Assembly (NCBI GenBank): GCA_046563655.1
Contig: CM102284.1
Span: forward strand, 5,146,001 to 5,210,000
Direction: 5' to 3'
Length of the DNA: 64,000 bases
From: Yuukianura sp. NJ FZ-2021
Taxonomy: Eukaryota
The translations under genes were made by a program, and so were the position numbers. The notes below the pieces were generated by a model that was given only the letters and a program-made list of their open reading frames with translations, searched no databases and was not told the origin of the DNA. Below, piece by piece: positions 1 to 13,200 of the stretch. Position 1 is the first letter of the stretch. Each line of letters opens with the position of its first letter.

Positions 1-446
1 AATTTTTTTTAGCTTCCAGGCCTAAAGAGAACCGGGATCTACTTGACCTTAATTTTCAAAATTCTCGAAGTGAAAATAGCCTCACAAATAGAAAAATTTT
101 GGATTTTTTGTTGATTTTTCGAAAGCGTAGGTTATTAAACCCAGGATAACAAAATATTGACTCAACAGTTTACGTCGTTTCCATTTTACGGCGATTCCGA
201 AGACGCACGTTGACATTCCGTTTTGGATCAATTTGACACGTTCGAAAAGTGTTTCAAAAATAACAGGAGAAAGTTAAGGGCAAAGGTCATAAAGTGAGTA
301 AACTCGGTTTTAAATTCAGATTCAGAAATATTTTTTAAATTCAGATTCTTGTTTTTGATGAAACAAAGTTTGTAGTTCAAAAGGGTAGAAATTCTCTTTC
401 ACTTTTTCTTTGAAAAACGTGTTCAGAAAGAACAAAAGTGACTTAC

Positions 447-3400
447 CTTTTGGTTAGCACATGAGCAGGCCTTGAGAAAGCTCTTTTTGAAATTGTCCGA
501 GAGAAAAGCATAGAGGATTGGATTCATAGCGGAGTTAGAGTAGCTCAAACAACCCATCAAAAGGTACGTGATGATGATGACTTCGGAGTGCACCGATTCC
601 TTGTCCGTAGTCAACAGAAAAAGCTTGAAAGCAAAGGTCAAAGGTCAAACTTTAATTAGTTTTCCGTGGTAAATTGACCAGGGAAAGTGGTCCTTTTGAA
701 ACTATAGTACTTTCCAAAGAATGAACTCTCACTTTACCTGTGAAATCCAATAGGGTGCCCAACATACAAAGTAGACCGTGATGACCTAATAGGCAAGAAC
801 AACAAAGGCGGAGCTAAATTAGTTATTTAGTGGGTTATTCAGGCTAACTTAGATTTCAAACTTTCATAACTTCATTAACGTTAGGTTTTAGACCTCCGCC
901 TACTTTGTAAACTTTGAAGTTCAAAGTTGTGTTTTAATTTCCGATTTCAATTAAGTGCTAATTGTTTTCAAAACTCGGAGTGTTTTGTCTTTTACTTTGG
1001 TTAGGGTAACAAAAATTACATTTACGTTATGCCTAGAGTGTTTGAACTTACAGTGAGGACGAGTTTCGTAACTTTGCGATGAGATCGCCTACGGTCCTTG
1101 GCTCGATTTTGTTGGTTGGTGGAGAGGGAATTGGCCCCGTCCTTGGTGGGTAAAGGTGGGTTTCTCTTGGGCCCCACATGGCGGAGCCGCATGATGACGA
1201 GGATGTAGAAAATGGAAATCAAAGACAGTGGAATGAGGAATCCAAGTAGAAACGAGTAGACCATGAACGTATGCTCGCCATTTCCCCAACCACTTGGCCA
1301 GTAAATGTTGCAACTCACCTAAAATCAAAAGTTTTCAAGGTCAAGGGTCCAAGGACATGACAAGGTGAACAGTAAGGGTCGCAAATCAGGCAGTGTCTCG
1401 TGAAATCCAGATTTTGGATTCTTCCGGATTTTTAGCGCCAAAATCCGGATTTCAGGTAACATGGTTATTCCCATAAGAAAATTTTCGACATCTTCAAGAG
1501 CACGAAAAAGTATGTTGCATAAACCATTATCCAAAAACATTAATTTTAGGTATTCAGTATGCTAAATTGTTTTCAAGAAAAGTAAAAGAAATTCTTTGTG
1601 GAAATCTTTTTTCTTCGTTTACCTTCCTAACCTTTACCATTGCTTTAAACTAGATTGGAAAATAATTTAGCGTGTACCCTACTGCCCCCAATGCCGTCTT
1701 GCCTTCGTCAAATACAACGTTAAGTGCGGATTTAAAATTTAGAAATCCGGATCTCGGATTATCCGAATCCGGAATCTAAACTCCGGATTGCGATTTGGTA
1801 CCCCTAGTCAACAGAAATTCAAAGTAGCGTGAATCGTGAAAGTTACTCCTAACGCATAACTTGTGTGTGTTTTATTTCTTTTTGTTCTCCTACTTGCAAA
1901 AAACTAAACTATATAATAATTTGTGAGCAAAATTTTTGAATTTTGAAATTGTTGACCGGAATTCAAATCACATCGACTTTCAATTTTTGTCGCAACAAAC
2001 TTATCGTCTAGTTTCGAAATTTTTCAAGTTTCTTATGCCGTGTCCAGAACACTTATTTTTTGCGTCAAAATTCATTATTCGAATGGAATTTTTTTCTAAA
2101 ACTGTCTCACCCTGGCCATTTGTGTAGTAGTATTTGTGTACATAAAAATAGGAGTCATGATGATAGCCGACAGAGACCAAGCTGTAAGGGCCACAATCGA
2201 GGCAATGAGGGGTGTTCTGTACTTTGTGGCACTGATAGGATGGCAAACTGCAACGAATCTAAAAAGAAATAGGTCAGTGTTACAATATGTTAGGCTAGGA
2301 AATACAAAATTATGTTAGGCTAGATTTTTATTCTGGACCTATCCAAGCCAAAAAGTTACGATTTTTCATTTTTGTACTACACAATCTAAAAATGGAGTAT
2401 AAAACCGTTTTAGCCGTATCTTTTTTCGCTCCAATAAAAATCCTCGTGTGAATTGTAATTTTATGTGTGTGCTTTAGGATGACAGTCCATTCCCTCTGTT
2501 TTTCTTTTCTCTGTTGACATTAAGGCAGAGGGTTTAAAGGGTCCTCAAGTCCACTTTCCATGATTTATATGAAGATGATATGGAGAGGGAGCCTTGGGGA
2601 AAGTCATTGAATGCAAGCAGAAAGAAAGTTGTGAGCATTAGGCTAAAGAGAGTGGGGTCGTAAAGGAGGGCGTTATGCAGTTGGGAAACGACTCAAAAAG
2701 AAAGTACTTACTCCATTTCCCATATGCAAAGACATCCTTACTTCCGCCATCTCAAACTTCACCAGCAATGACTTTCTCCAACGCTACAAAAATGGATTTA
2801 AGGAAAACGACAAAGTACTATAGTAGTACTTTCAACTTTTACTTCGGAATGTAAAATTCTGCTCAAATTTTTTCAAAGTCGAGTCCAATTTGCTTCATCA
2901 AAAAGGAGAAAGTTAGTTTTCAAATTTTGAATATTCGAAATTCGCAAGCCAGAACAATACGAGGGAAGTATACAACAAAGCTTTGTAGCTTAGGTGTATT
3001 GTGTATTAATGTTAAGTTAGTTAATGCAACTTAACGTCCGGTTTTAAGTCAGTTAAAGTTAGATGTGTGAAGATTAGGTTTAGTTTAAGTTCGTTAACTA
3101 ACCTGTCGGCGGACATGATGAGAAGAAACATGGATGATGTGATTTGATTGATACTTGTGGTTGTAAAGTAGATTTTGCACATGATATTTCCGAATGGCCA
3201 GTACTCCAGGACAGTCGTCACCATCAGAAATGGAATCCCCACCAAGAAACATTCGTCAGCAATGGCCAGATTCACAATGTACAAATTTGTCACTAAAAAA
3301 CAAAATTTCAACCACTTTTCAAAATTCTACATAGTATGGTGAGTAAATGCTAACCTTATAACCTTTGTCAATTTTTACCTGTTTGCATTTTGGAAAACCG

Positions 3401-3646
3401 AAGAACGACGTAGATGACGAGTGTATTTCCGCAGAGACCGACGACACACACGATTCCGAAGAGGACCAAGACAAGGAGGCGTAACCATGGTGACCCTGGT
3501 GGTGACCCTGGACTGGTACAGTAGGGTTCCATGAATCCTTGGATAGTGTCGTTCCAAGTACAATTGATGAGTCCAAGTAAAGTTCCATTCAATGTGGCAT
3601 TGAGAGCAGCAAGCTCCTCCTCATCCAATGCGTCCAGAAGAGACAT
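447..3646 (-). CDS. AstC-R: Allatostatin-C receptor (somatostatin-receptor-like class A GPCR); 3' end not located, probably left of 447 or outside the window
   Basis: Spliced exons 3646-3379, 3292-3103, 2258-2111, 1318-1052, 785-738 and 623-447, all GT-AG and phase-compatible. They give [87 protein letters not shown] and [23 protein letters not shown], which are typical of arthropod AstC receptors. Confidence 0.93.
1373..1806. mobile_element. hAT-like MITE in an AstC-R intron
   Basis: Left end TAAGGGTCGCAAATC versus reverse complement of right end TAGGGGTACCAAATC. Flanked by 8-bp near-direct repeats GTGAACAG (1365-1372) and GTCAACAG (1807-1814), which fit the hAT nTnnnnAn target consensus. 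ATCCGGA-type motifs cluster at both subtermini. Confidence 0.72.
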
Positions 3647-6600
3647 TTTTTTCTGGAAGGGAAAGCAATTGAACATAAGAACCAGAAGGAATTTGTCATG
3701 TTGCGAAGACCGGCATAAACAAGTGTATTCCTGAAAAGCGGTCACAGCAAGACATTTGATTGATCTCTCTCAGAAGACTGTGGCCATACATGGCCCTCTG
3801 ACCTCATAACATTAGGATATGGCTAGAGTGTTCCTGGAACACTCTTGGCGTCTGAATTTTCCCGGGAAAGTTTAATTTTGGATCAAATATTAGAAGGCGG
3901 ACACACAAGGACGTGACGTCCAAGAGTTTTTTTCATGTCCTGACTTTTCTGGAGAAAGTCCGAGTAGTAGTGCCGACAGCCAGAAACTTAATGAACCAGA
4001 TGAGATTGAGAGAGTGAGACTCAACCTTATTTATTTTCTTTACTTGTCAATGGACCTAACCTAACCTTAGCCTGACTTAAGATGCAGCACCAAATTCACT
4101 CCAATTTGGTGCGGTGCATTAGGTTCGTGAGTACTTCAACCCAATATCCTTTTTCCGAAACGATTTTATGCTCTAGTGCCCTTTGGTCTGCCAAAACGAA
4201 AAGAAAAATAGGCTTTGGAGAATCAAATTCATCTTTTTCGGAACAGCTATGTTTAGTGTTTCAGTTAGAACCTAATGGGTGGGCTGGGTTAGCCTAAAAA
4301 CTTAGCCTAACAAATGGATGCTTCAGGGTTATTGATATCCTCATTTTGTAAATGATACTGTTCAAAAAATAGTAAATGAGTGAGAAAGCTTTTCGTGTTG
4401 AAGTAAGCATGCACTTAAGTATCTATTGGTGCAGAATAATTTATATGCGTTCTTCTAATCCAGAAAGACAATAGGATTCATCTATTCCCTTCAGTTTTGG
4501 TAATTCTTAACCTAAATAATAGTTTGTAACACTTGAAATCACGCTTCTAAGGTTGGTTTTTGAACTTCATGTTCTCATTTCCTGGAATTTTGAGTTTTCA
4601 GGTAAACGTAGAAGCAAATTGGTGGATTGTATTACTTATTGAATTGTAAAATTTTGAGTGCAAAACTTCCATTTGTCGTTTTTCGAAAGAAATTTTTATC
4701 TCGTGTTACGATATTCTACGTTTCAACATGCAACTTTCTCCGTTTTATATTATTCATTCCCAGAATCTAGAATTTTCTGAAGAAAAAAAAAGCGCAGGAC
4801 GTGGTTTCACAAAAAAAAAAGTCTCCACATTTTGCCTTTCCGGAGAAAGGAAGTTGTAGTTTTAGGATAAAATTCAATTTGAAAAGCCGGAAATTAAGTG
4901 AAGAATGATCAAAAATGTATATCCAATCTATTCTGTACAGAAATTTCACTTTTTGAAGAGAAAGTCTGATTTCAAAATTTTAGTTTAAAAAAGAGCTGCA
5001 GACTTTAGTAGCTAGCTCGCATGTTCATGATCAGTTGCGTCTCCGGAAATATATGAAGCCGGATGCTCTGAGGATTTTAGAAAACTTTCTCTTTCTTTTG
5101 TACCGAAATCGTAGGAATTCAAATGAGCAGGTTTGAAAAGACGAGTAATTGGAGTTGACTGAAGGCTTAAGAAGGAAACTTTAGATTTTGAAAGGAGCTT
5201 AATTAAAGAAGAAAGTAGTTGAGAAGTGGCTCAATGCCAAAAGTACAAAAAGTCTGTGACTGTTGGTTTCTAGTTTCCTAGAGCTTTCTCTGTGGCTTTC
5301 TCCCTAATACTGCCAGATGCCTTTAGTATAATACCGAGAGACACAAAGAAGAATAAAACCGAAACTTCGGTTTAAAAACTGACATTTGTTACACGACTAT
5401 CCTCACACCAATTACCGGAGTCTGTCGGAAGTTGTCGGCAGATTTTGAAAAGCTTTCGAAACTTTCGGAAGTTTTCGAAACTTGAAGATGAAACAGGCAC
5501 TTGAAGCTTAACAAGTGATTTTTTAACAACAGACTGGAAGTGTTGGAAACCCCATTGTTTTTTGTCTAACATGAAGTGACAAGACCACAAAGTAGACATG
5601 AAGCCCACTCTAGAAGTGCAGTGTCCAACTTTTGGTCAATTCGAATGAAATTGGACAGCATGTTTTCTGGGCATTGAAATTAATTCTAGACGACACCCCT
5701 CCAAGTAATCCAATAACGTCCAAGTTGTCATAGACAGCTCCCTTTCACTTTCGTCTGTTTCTGATTCACTTCTGATGGAAATTGAACCGTCGCGGGGAAA
5801 GTAGAAATGGAAAATGATCTTGAATTCGGCACAACCGCTATCACTTTTTTTTGCATTTTGAACCGCAATGTAAGGATTCCTAGAATTTCGAACCGCCGTC
5901 CACACTGGTTTCCATTAAAACTCGAAAGTTTGACACAAGAGAAACTTTTTGGAAATCAATGCGGTGGTGATAGGGCATTTGAAATAAAGTTTTCAACCAG
6001 ACTCAAAGTCCTAGAAGTTATTCCTATTTAAATCTGACAGGATTTCAAAATGTTGAACAACTTTTTTATATTAAAAAATCCAATTTCAGAATTTGAAAAA
6101 ACTTTTGTTTCAAAACTTTCACTTTTATGGTCCGCAGTGGGAGGCCATAGTTAAAAGAGTTATTTGCGGATTTGATATTTTAAAAAATAGAAAGCCTGGA
6201 TCAACATAAACTGAAAACTTAAAAGCCCAAAAGCTCCGATTGAGCCAAAACAAAAACATTTTAAAAGGTTTTTTCAACAAGACATTTTTCAAATTTCAAA
6301 AACCTTATTTTAAAACCGTGTTTTTTGGACGTTATGAGCGCCCAGACAGAAAGTGATTGATTTAGATGTTCCGTTTGGCCAATCAAATACAGAATTGCAA
6401 ATGGAATATCAATGTAAGTGGAAAAAATTTGAAAACTTTCTCCATCCAAAAAAAAAGTTTGGCTAAACGCTTTTCTGTCTGTTTTTTTATGTCATCAATT
6501 CAAAAGAGAAAAAATTGCCTTTTTCTGAGTAATCGCTAGTTTTTAGTGCGCATATTTTTATTTCTTCAAAAAAGTAAAACTGAAAGTTTAGTCAACGCAA

Positions 6601-7256
6601 TTTCAACCGGAGCTACTCTTCTGGGTGGCGTAGACTTTGGATGTGGAGCCAAAAAATGTTGATGAAAATTTGATCTTAATCGTGTTGTGAAAGTAACTTT
6701 TTGGAAGCTCAACTGTAAATCAAATACCAATTCCTGTCTTATAACATATCTTTCAGCCGCTGATCTTGAAGGAAATACTACCAACTTTTCACATATTTTC
6801 TCCATGAGATCTCACTTGTAATCAATCACTCCGCCAAAAAGTAAAGTTCCGAAGGTAAATTCTTTCGTGTTTTTTTTTCGCTTACTCTCTTCATCTCACA
6901 AGAATCGTTTTTCTACCACATGCGCTGCAGATTGAAGCGGAAAGTTATCCAAGAGTTGTCGATTAAACGAAAAAAAATTGAGACCGTTGAAAACCTGGCG
7001 AAAGTAGGAAGAAAGCAGAATTTCGAAATCTTTCACCAAAAATACTATCTACAAAATTCAAAATCGTCAAATCAAGAAAGAATTCAAAATTGAAATATCG
7101 AACTTGGTGAAATCGAAAATTAATATTAACTGCATGTTTGTTAGAAAAATTTATCTCCGAAAATAGATCTAGAATACAAATTTTTAGATATTTTGATTAA
7201 CAAATTCATTAATAATTAATTAATAAGAAATGGCTACCAGTGATAGCTGTGTTAAT

Positions 7257-7296
7257 AACACGACTTTCACCAATAATTATTTGTGAAAGTCGTGTT
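7257..7296. repeat. 40-bp near-perfect palindrome without a loop
   Basis: AACACGACTTTCAC-C-AATAA|TTATT-T-GTGAAAGTCGTGTT, with one mismatched pair. Confidence 0.9.
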
Positions 7297-10200
7297 TAGT
7301 GTTTTGTTAAAGTGTAAGATTTTTGACAAACATTAATATTAGTTTGGTTGAAAGGGGTTAGTGAATCTGTTTGATGAGTTATTAAATTGATGGAGATGAA
7401 TGAACAACATCACACAGGGAAGAAAGCACTAGCAGTAAGGTTTATTCTTTCATCAGCGTTTCTCCTTGTCGCTTGGCAGTGGAGGCCCACGAGTCTTTTG
7501 AATAGGAAATGTATTCCTTGATTTATGACCCAGAGAGTGAAGATACTTCCGCTGCCAACCTGCTTTCACAACTTTCACCACCGGTCCCACCACACACCGT
7601 GATCCACCACACCACGAGATCCCAGCCCTTTATGATTCTCGTTTCCTTTTAATTCCATTTCATTTCCATACTCTAACAGATAAAACTAACCATACTCTAT
7701 CCAAACCTAACCGAGATTTCGGTGAAACCTAATGGACTAAAACCAAGATTTTGAAGATGAGATATGTTCAGGTTATTTACAGCGAAAGCGTCTGAGCCCG
7801 AGCAAAAGCATAATGGTCTGCTGGAAGATAAAGATTCTCCAGCAATCTCTACATCTAATGAATTCTTCGGTTCAGAACTATTTGGCAATCAACCCCAGGT
7901 CAATGACCTTAATATAAAATTGAGGTCCCCTCACCTAACTCAAAGGTCAATCACAATGATTAGTCAATTCATTCAATGTCGTTCCCCTCTTACGTTTATT
8001 TGGACAGTCGACTACTTTACGCCAAACTTTCACCTTATGCATTTTTTAATAGGAAAATCCAGCCTGATATTGATACTAAACTTTCAGACGTCCTGATCTC
8101 AAAAATCTGTTTAAACTTTAATGCATCGTTTAGAAATTGTAAAAACCTTGGAATAAGTAATTTTCTGAAAATGAGTTAATTTTACCCAAGATTACTAAAA
8201 TTGACCCCAAATTCCAAAATCTCATTTTCCAGAAAGCTTTTCAAATGGTTGTGGTAGCTTCTGTGCTTATGAGAATGAACTCCATTCCCTATCAAGATTT
8301 GGCAGACTAGAGACTTAATCCTGCTGCTCCTCAACCTTAATCCTCCTCAAGTTCTGGAAGTAACCAACCCAAGAATCTTCACAGGGCAAACAAAATTAGC
8401 AGAAATTAACACTTTGACTAGAGAAAGTCTAACCAGAATCCGCCCAGACTCATCTTTTCATGCTCCAGAAAAGCAGGAAACGGCCTTTTGGAGTCAGAAT
8501 TTTAACAAAAGAGCAGTCCCCGTCTGCTGCTCATTTCTAAGGGACCTCGGGACTCAATTTTCTATTGAAGGCAGAGAGTACTTGAGGGTTCATTTAAGAG
8601 TTTCCTGGACTAAAGACATTGAGAGACAAGGAAGAAGATGCTTTAGCCCATGAGGAATCCAGAACTTAAGGGAAAAGCAGAGAAAGTCATAAACTCCTTT
8701 CTTCTGCCTAAGTGAGTCCATTGACTCTGCAGAAAGTTGGGGAAGTTTGAAAGTTCTATTGTACTAAAACCAACACCTGAAACTCAAAGTCATGATGGAA
8801 AACGTAGATTTTCAAGAAAAAAAGAAGTTAACAACAGCGTTAGTGGAATTCGGAGCAACAAAGGCAAAGGTACTACGGCGTAAAAAAAAGTTAGTAACGG
8901 TGGACACGATACTATGCCTTGCAGACTTATTCTGGAGCGTTGTGGAGCGCAAACAACATGGTTCTTCATTATTTTCACTTTAATGGCCACCAAAACTACT
9001 ATGCCATCACAACAAAAGAAGTCAGGAAGAATCAAATTACTATGGAAGAGAAAGTGGAGGTTCCCCGTGGGGTATTAAGGTCATAGGTCACAAAAGGCTT
9101 TCTTTTCACCTCCTTCTAGCTGAAACCTTTCCTCAGGTGCTAAATAAACCAAGACAGTAAAAGTGTCTGGAAGTTCCTTTCAGTGGCATTAGGAAAGAAG
9201 AATGGAAACTTTCACTTCTTTCACTGCTTCCTTCAAAATATTTTTTTAAAGAGAGTAAACCTCGTTTGCGAATATTTTTCCCATAAATTTCAAAAAAGTC
9301 TTCCAGGGAAATGAATCAAAGTTACTCCTACTTGGACTGGGAACAAAAAAAAAGGCTGTAGAGAAAGCCCATCCTGTGAACCAACTGTATAAGAGGAAAT
9401 ATATTTCAAAATTTCTGTTGCGTATGAAAATTTCTCTTCCTTATTCTCTTGCTGTGCATCTCAATTTAACGCTACACTGAACAAGAGCAAAGTTTTTTTT
9501 TCGGAAACGAGAAGAAAAGCAAAAAGAAAGTTGTACGGAGTCCAGACTTTGGATTTCATTATAAAAACAAAATGGGTGAAAAAAAATTGCGAAAAACGAA
9601 AAATGAAGTAACTTTTGGCAAAGGAAACGGCAAGTTTCCAATTTGAGTGACCTTTCGACCTCTAAAATATAAAACTCTAAAATAGACATTTCCAAATGTT
9701 GTTTTTTGTTTCATTTTTTGATTTTTTGTGTTCATTGTAAAAATTGCATCTTTCATCAAATCTACTCATTTTTTAAAATCAAGAGTATTTTCCATAACTG
9801 AGTCAATGCTATGCAAAATTTAGCCTTCTTTAAGCAAAATATTCTGAAAGACACTAAAAAGATGCTATCACTTGTTGTCTACAATTTCAGTTGTTTGTGT
9901 TACTTATGCCTAATGTTACATTTTTACACATTTTGGAAAGTGGAAAACATTTTTCACGGCTGCTCTTTTTGTAATTTAGATTTTCCGATTTCCAAAAAGC
10001 CTCAAAATCTAAGAAGTTGTTCCAAATGGAATTGCGTTTGCAGTATCTATCAAGAAAAAGTTCAAATTTATTACACCTTCTCCCGTGCCAAAAACCATTG
10101 AACAGTCGGCACTGCAGCATAGAAAAAAACGTGATTTTGGGATCGTTATATGCATTTGAGTCATTTTCAAAGATTTCTTCGTCACAGCCAAACTGTCTCT

Positions 10201-13200
10201 TGGTTCCATAAAGTTCAATAACTAAAAAGCATCCTACGTACGACCATATATTCCGGATGGTCGTCGTGTCGTGTCTTGTCAACGGTTGAATTCCCAGTCG
10301 TAGATTACATGTGTTTCCAAAGGAAGCGGTATCAGTGGTGATTTTCGTGCTAAGTGGCTCAGCCGACAAAGTATTTTCACTTTTCAACGCCCCTCAATTT
10401 GGCGACGGTTCCTAACTCGAGTAGTAGTTGCAAAAAAAAAGCTTTTTGAACTTTTAGCGCCATTTCAAAACACTTTTCACCATTTTTTTTTCCTTAATTT
10501 CCAAAAAACACTTGCAATTAGAGTCCAGAACGACAAACCTTTGAACTCAACTCAAAATGAAATTAGTGTTTCCAAATCCAAGTTTTTTGAACTTTACTTT
10601 CAAAAACTAAATTGAAGAGACAGAAATTGAGTAAAAAATTTTCACTTTCGGCGGGTTATGGAGTGAATGATCCCTTGACCTCTACGAGGTCGTGGTGCAG
10701 AATGTACGGTGAACATGGAAGAAAGTTGGAAAAGTGTCTGGACAGAGGAGAAAAGTGTATTTCTATGTTCTTGTAATTGAATTTCCCCCAAATTCTGTTT
10801 TCCAATTCACCAGGTTTTTTGGAGAAAGGAAGCATAAGAAAGGTAAAATGAAGTTAGGACACGGCAGAGTAAATCCATTCCTGTAGGCTATTTTAAAAAA
10901 ACTCAGTTCTCTGTTCAAACAGAACAGCAAAAAATAGTCTTCCGCCGTGAATTTCACAATGAGGTATTTAGAAAATTTTCTGTTGAATTACAAAACAGAG
11001 CGTTGTAGTTGTGCCTGTAGTCAAACTCGTGCTAAACTTCTCTGTCAATTGTGTTTTTCAGCCTTTCGTAACATGTTTCGTAGATTTTCTTTTTCATTTT
11101 CTTGAATTTTGAATTTTTAGAAGATCAAGTGCACGGAAAACTACGAAGATCAAGGTAGTTCAGAAAATTCGCCTGAAAGGAATTTGGGGAAGAACAGATT
11201 TTGTGAATTGGAAGTATAAGACGCCTGTGCATGGCGAGGAGAAAGTTGGAGTGAAAGTAAAGGAAGTAACTATTATTCTCCAGATCTTTTGTGGAGGGGA
11301 TGGGCTCGGAAGACACGCGTTTTGGATCAGAGAACTTTTAGAACATACGGTTAGAACAAACTGTTGTTCAAATAGAAACACATCCCCACCATCCACCAAA
11401 GGCGAAAGAAACGAAACGAAGTTAGCGGAAATAAATAAAGGAAGAAAGAAAAGCTTTCCCTCTCTCTCTGTCGAAGAAAGTTGTTTTCTCAGAAAAGTTC
11501 AGGAAATGGACACAATTGAGTCGGCAATAAACCAAAATCAGTTTGAGAACAAAGAACAAATTAAGATCCATCGATCATACGCCCCTGCTTCGAATTTCGA
11601 AACAGATTTTTTTTGGAAAAAAAAGAGTGATTTTGTTCTATTTTCCATTACCGAGTTCTGAAATTTTCTGAGAAAGAATTTCAGAATCCAAACTGATTAG
11701 AATCCAGCTAAGGTTGAGAATAATCTACGTATTTCTCAACCTTTAAAAATTTCTCCTTGTTTGTTTCCCACAACTCTCAAGTTGTGAACTTCAGATTTTC
11801 TTAAACATATTTTCAAAATTCTAAATTTAGTTGGTGAAGCCTTGAAAACTGAAATTTCGAGCGGAAACTGAATGTTGAACATGTCAATAAGTAGAAAAAA
11901 CGTGCCTATGAAATAATGCGCATCTCAGTTTAGGAGATGAAAACGACGAGACAGGTTTGCAGAAAGCGTGACAAGTGCTTCCGTCAACTTCCATTTTCTC
12001 TTTAAAAAAAACGACACATTTTTCGCTTTTTTTTCTACACTCTTCTGGACGAGTTGTTATTTTTTGAAAACCTAAGTGTTAAAAGTTGGCAAAGTAGTAA
12101 AATACGAAAAGAGACAAAACAAACGTTATTATGACTAAGACTTGGAAGAGCGTGAGAAAAGAGTAGGTTGAGAACTATAAAAATGTGAAAACATGTCAAA
12201 GTCTAACCTAATCCTAAAAACCTAAAGTTGAAGCAACAAAAGGAGGAGGTTAGAGGTTTGGCTTGCCAAGCTGTGGATGTAAATAGGATGAAAGACGGAG
12301 AAAGTTAAGTGTTTTACGTAAAGGTTAGGTTTTAGTTTTTTGCTGGTGCCAGCAGATCTCTCTTTTCCCCAAATTGAATCCGGAGATTCACTTTCTCCAG
12401 CAAAATTCTCAGACTTCCGCTACACACAACTTCCGTTTCCGTTCATGCGAAACCGAGTTCAAATTCCATTTCTACGAATAGTTACTGTGTTCTGTTTATT
12501 ATTTCAGTTTACTTCTGTGGTCTCTCTGCCAGGAAATAACTTTTTCCACAATCCAAAAATTTTCCCAAAAAATTTCAAATTGAAATTTTTGAATTTCCGT
12601 TTTTCTTGGGCGAAAGCAAAGAAACTTTCCTCACAGCAAGAAAAACTGAAAATAAGTGTAAAGGTCAGAAAAAATTAAAGCAAAAATATTTAAAAGTGAT
12701 TTGAGAAGGTTTCAGAAAAAAAAGAAATTCACCTTTGGTTCAAAGTATTCAAAAATTAATTAATTAAAAAACTCATTAGTGAAAGCGATATTGTCCGTGA
12801 GGCTAGGCTCAACAGGCTCTGAACAGGAGGACATTGATCACCCGAATAACGCCCTAGGCTATCGTTGAGGCCTTTGATTAGGTTAGGGTTAATTTAGCCA
12901 AGCGGTTGGTGCAGGTAGGAAGCTGAAGTTAGGTTTTAGGCTAACACATTGTTTGGTTTAAGCCTAACCTACCCATATGTTGTGTTTTGAGTAACTTTAG
13001 GCTAGGAACTGCTGAAAGTATTCTTTGTAGAGAAAATGGAAGGTAGGGGGATCGATAGACTGTTTGTTGGTTGCAGAGAGCATGGGTATTGGGTATGGAA
13101 CATTATTGATAAACTGATAAGCTCACTTTCACCCCCGGATGCCGTTACATCTTCCTTACTTTCACTAACTCCATTCCCACTTTCTTCAGTGAAACCGATC

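Noticed and set aside
9887-10387. 166-aa minus-strand ORF
   Set aside because: It has a non-ATG start, no recognisable motif and no convincing splice signals. It is probably a chance ORF, although a decayed TE fragment cannot be excluded.
11203-11661. 152-aa plus-strand ORF
   Set aside because: GTG start, AT-biased K/F/N-rich composition and no recognisable domain.
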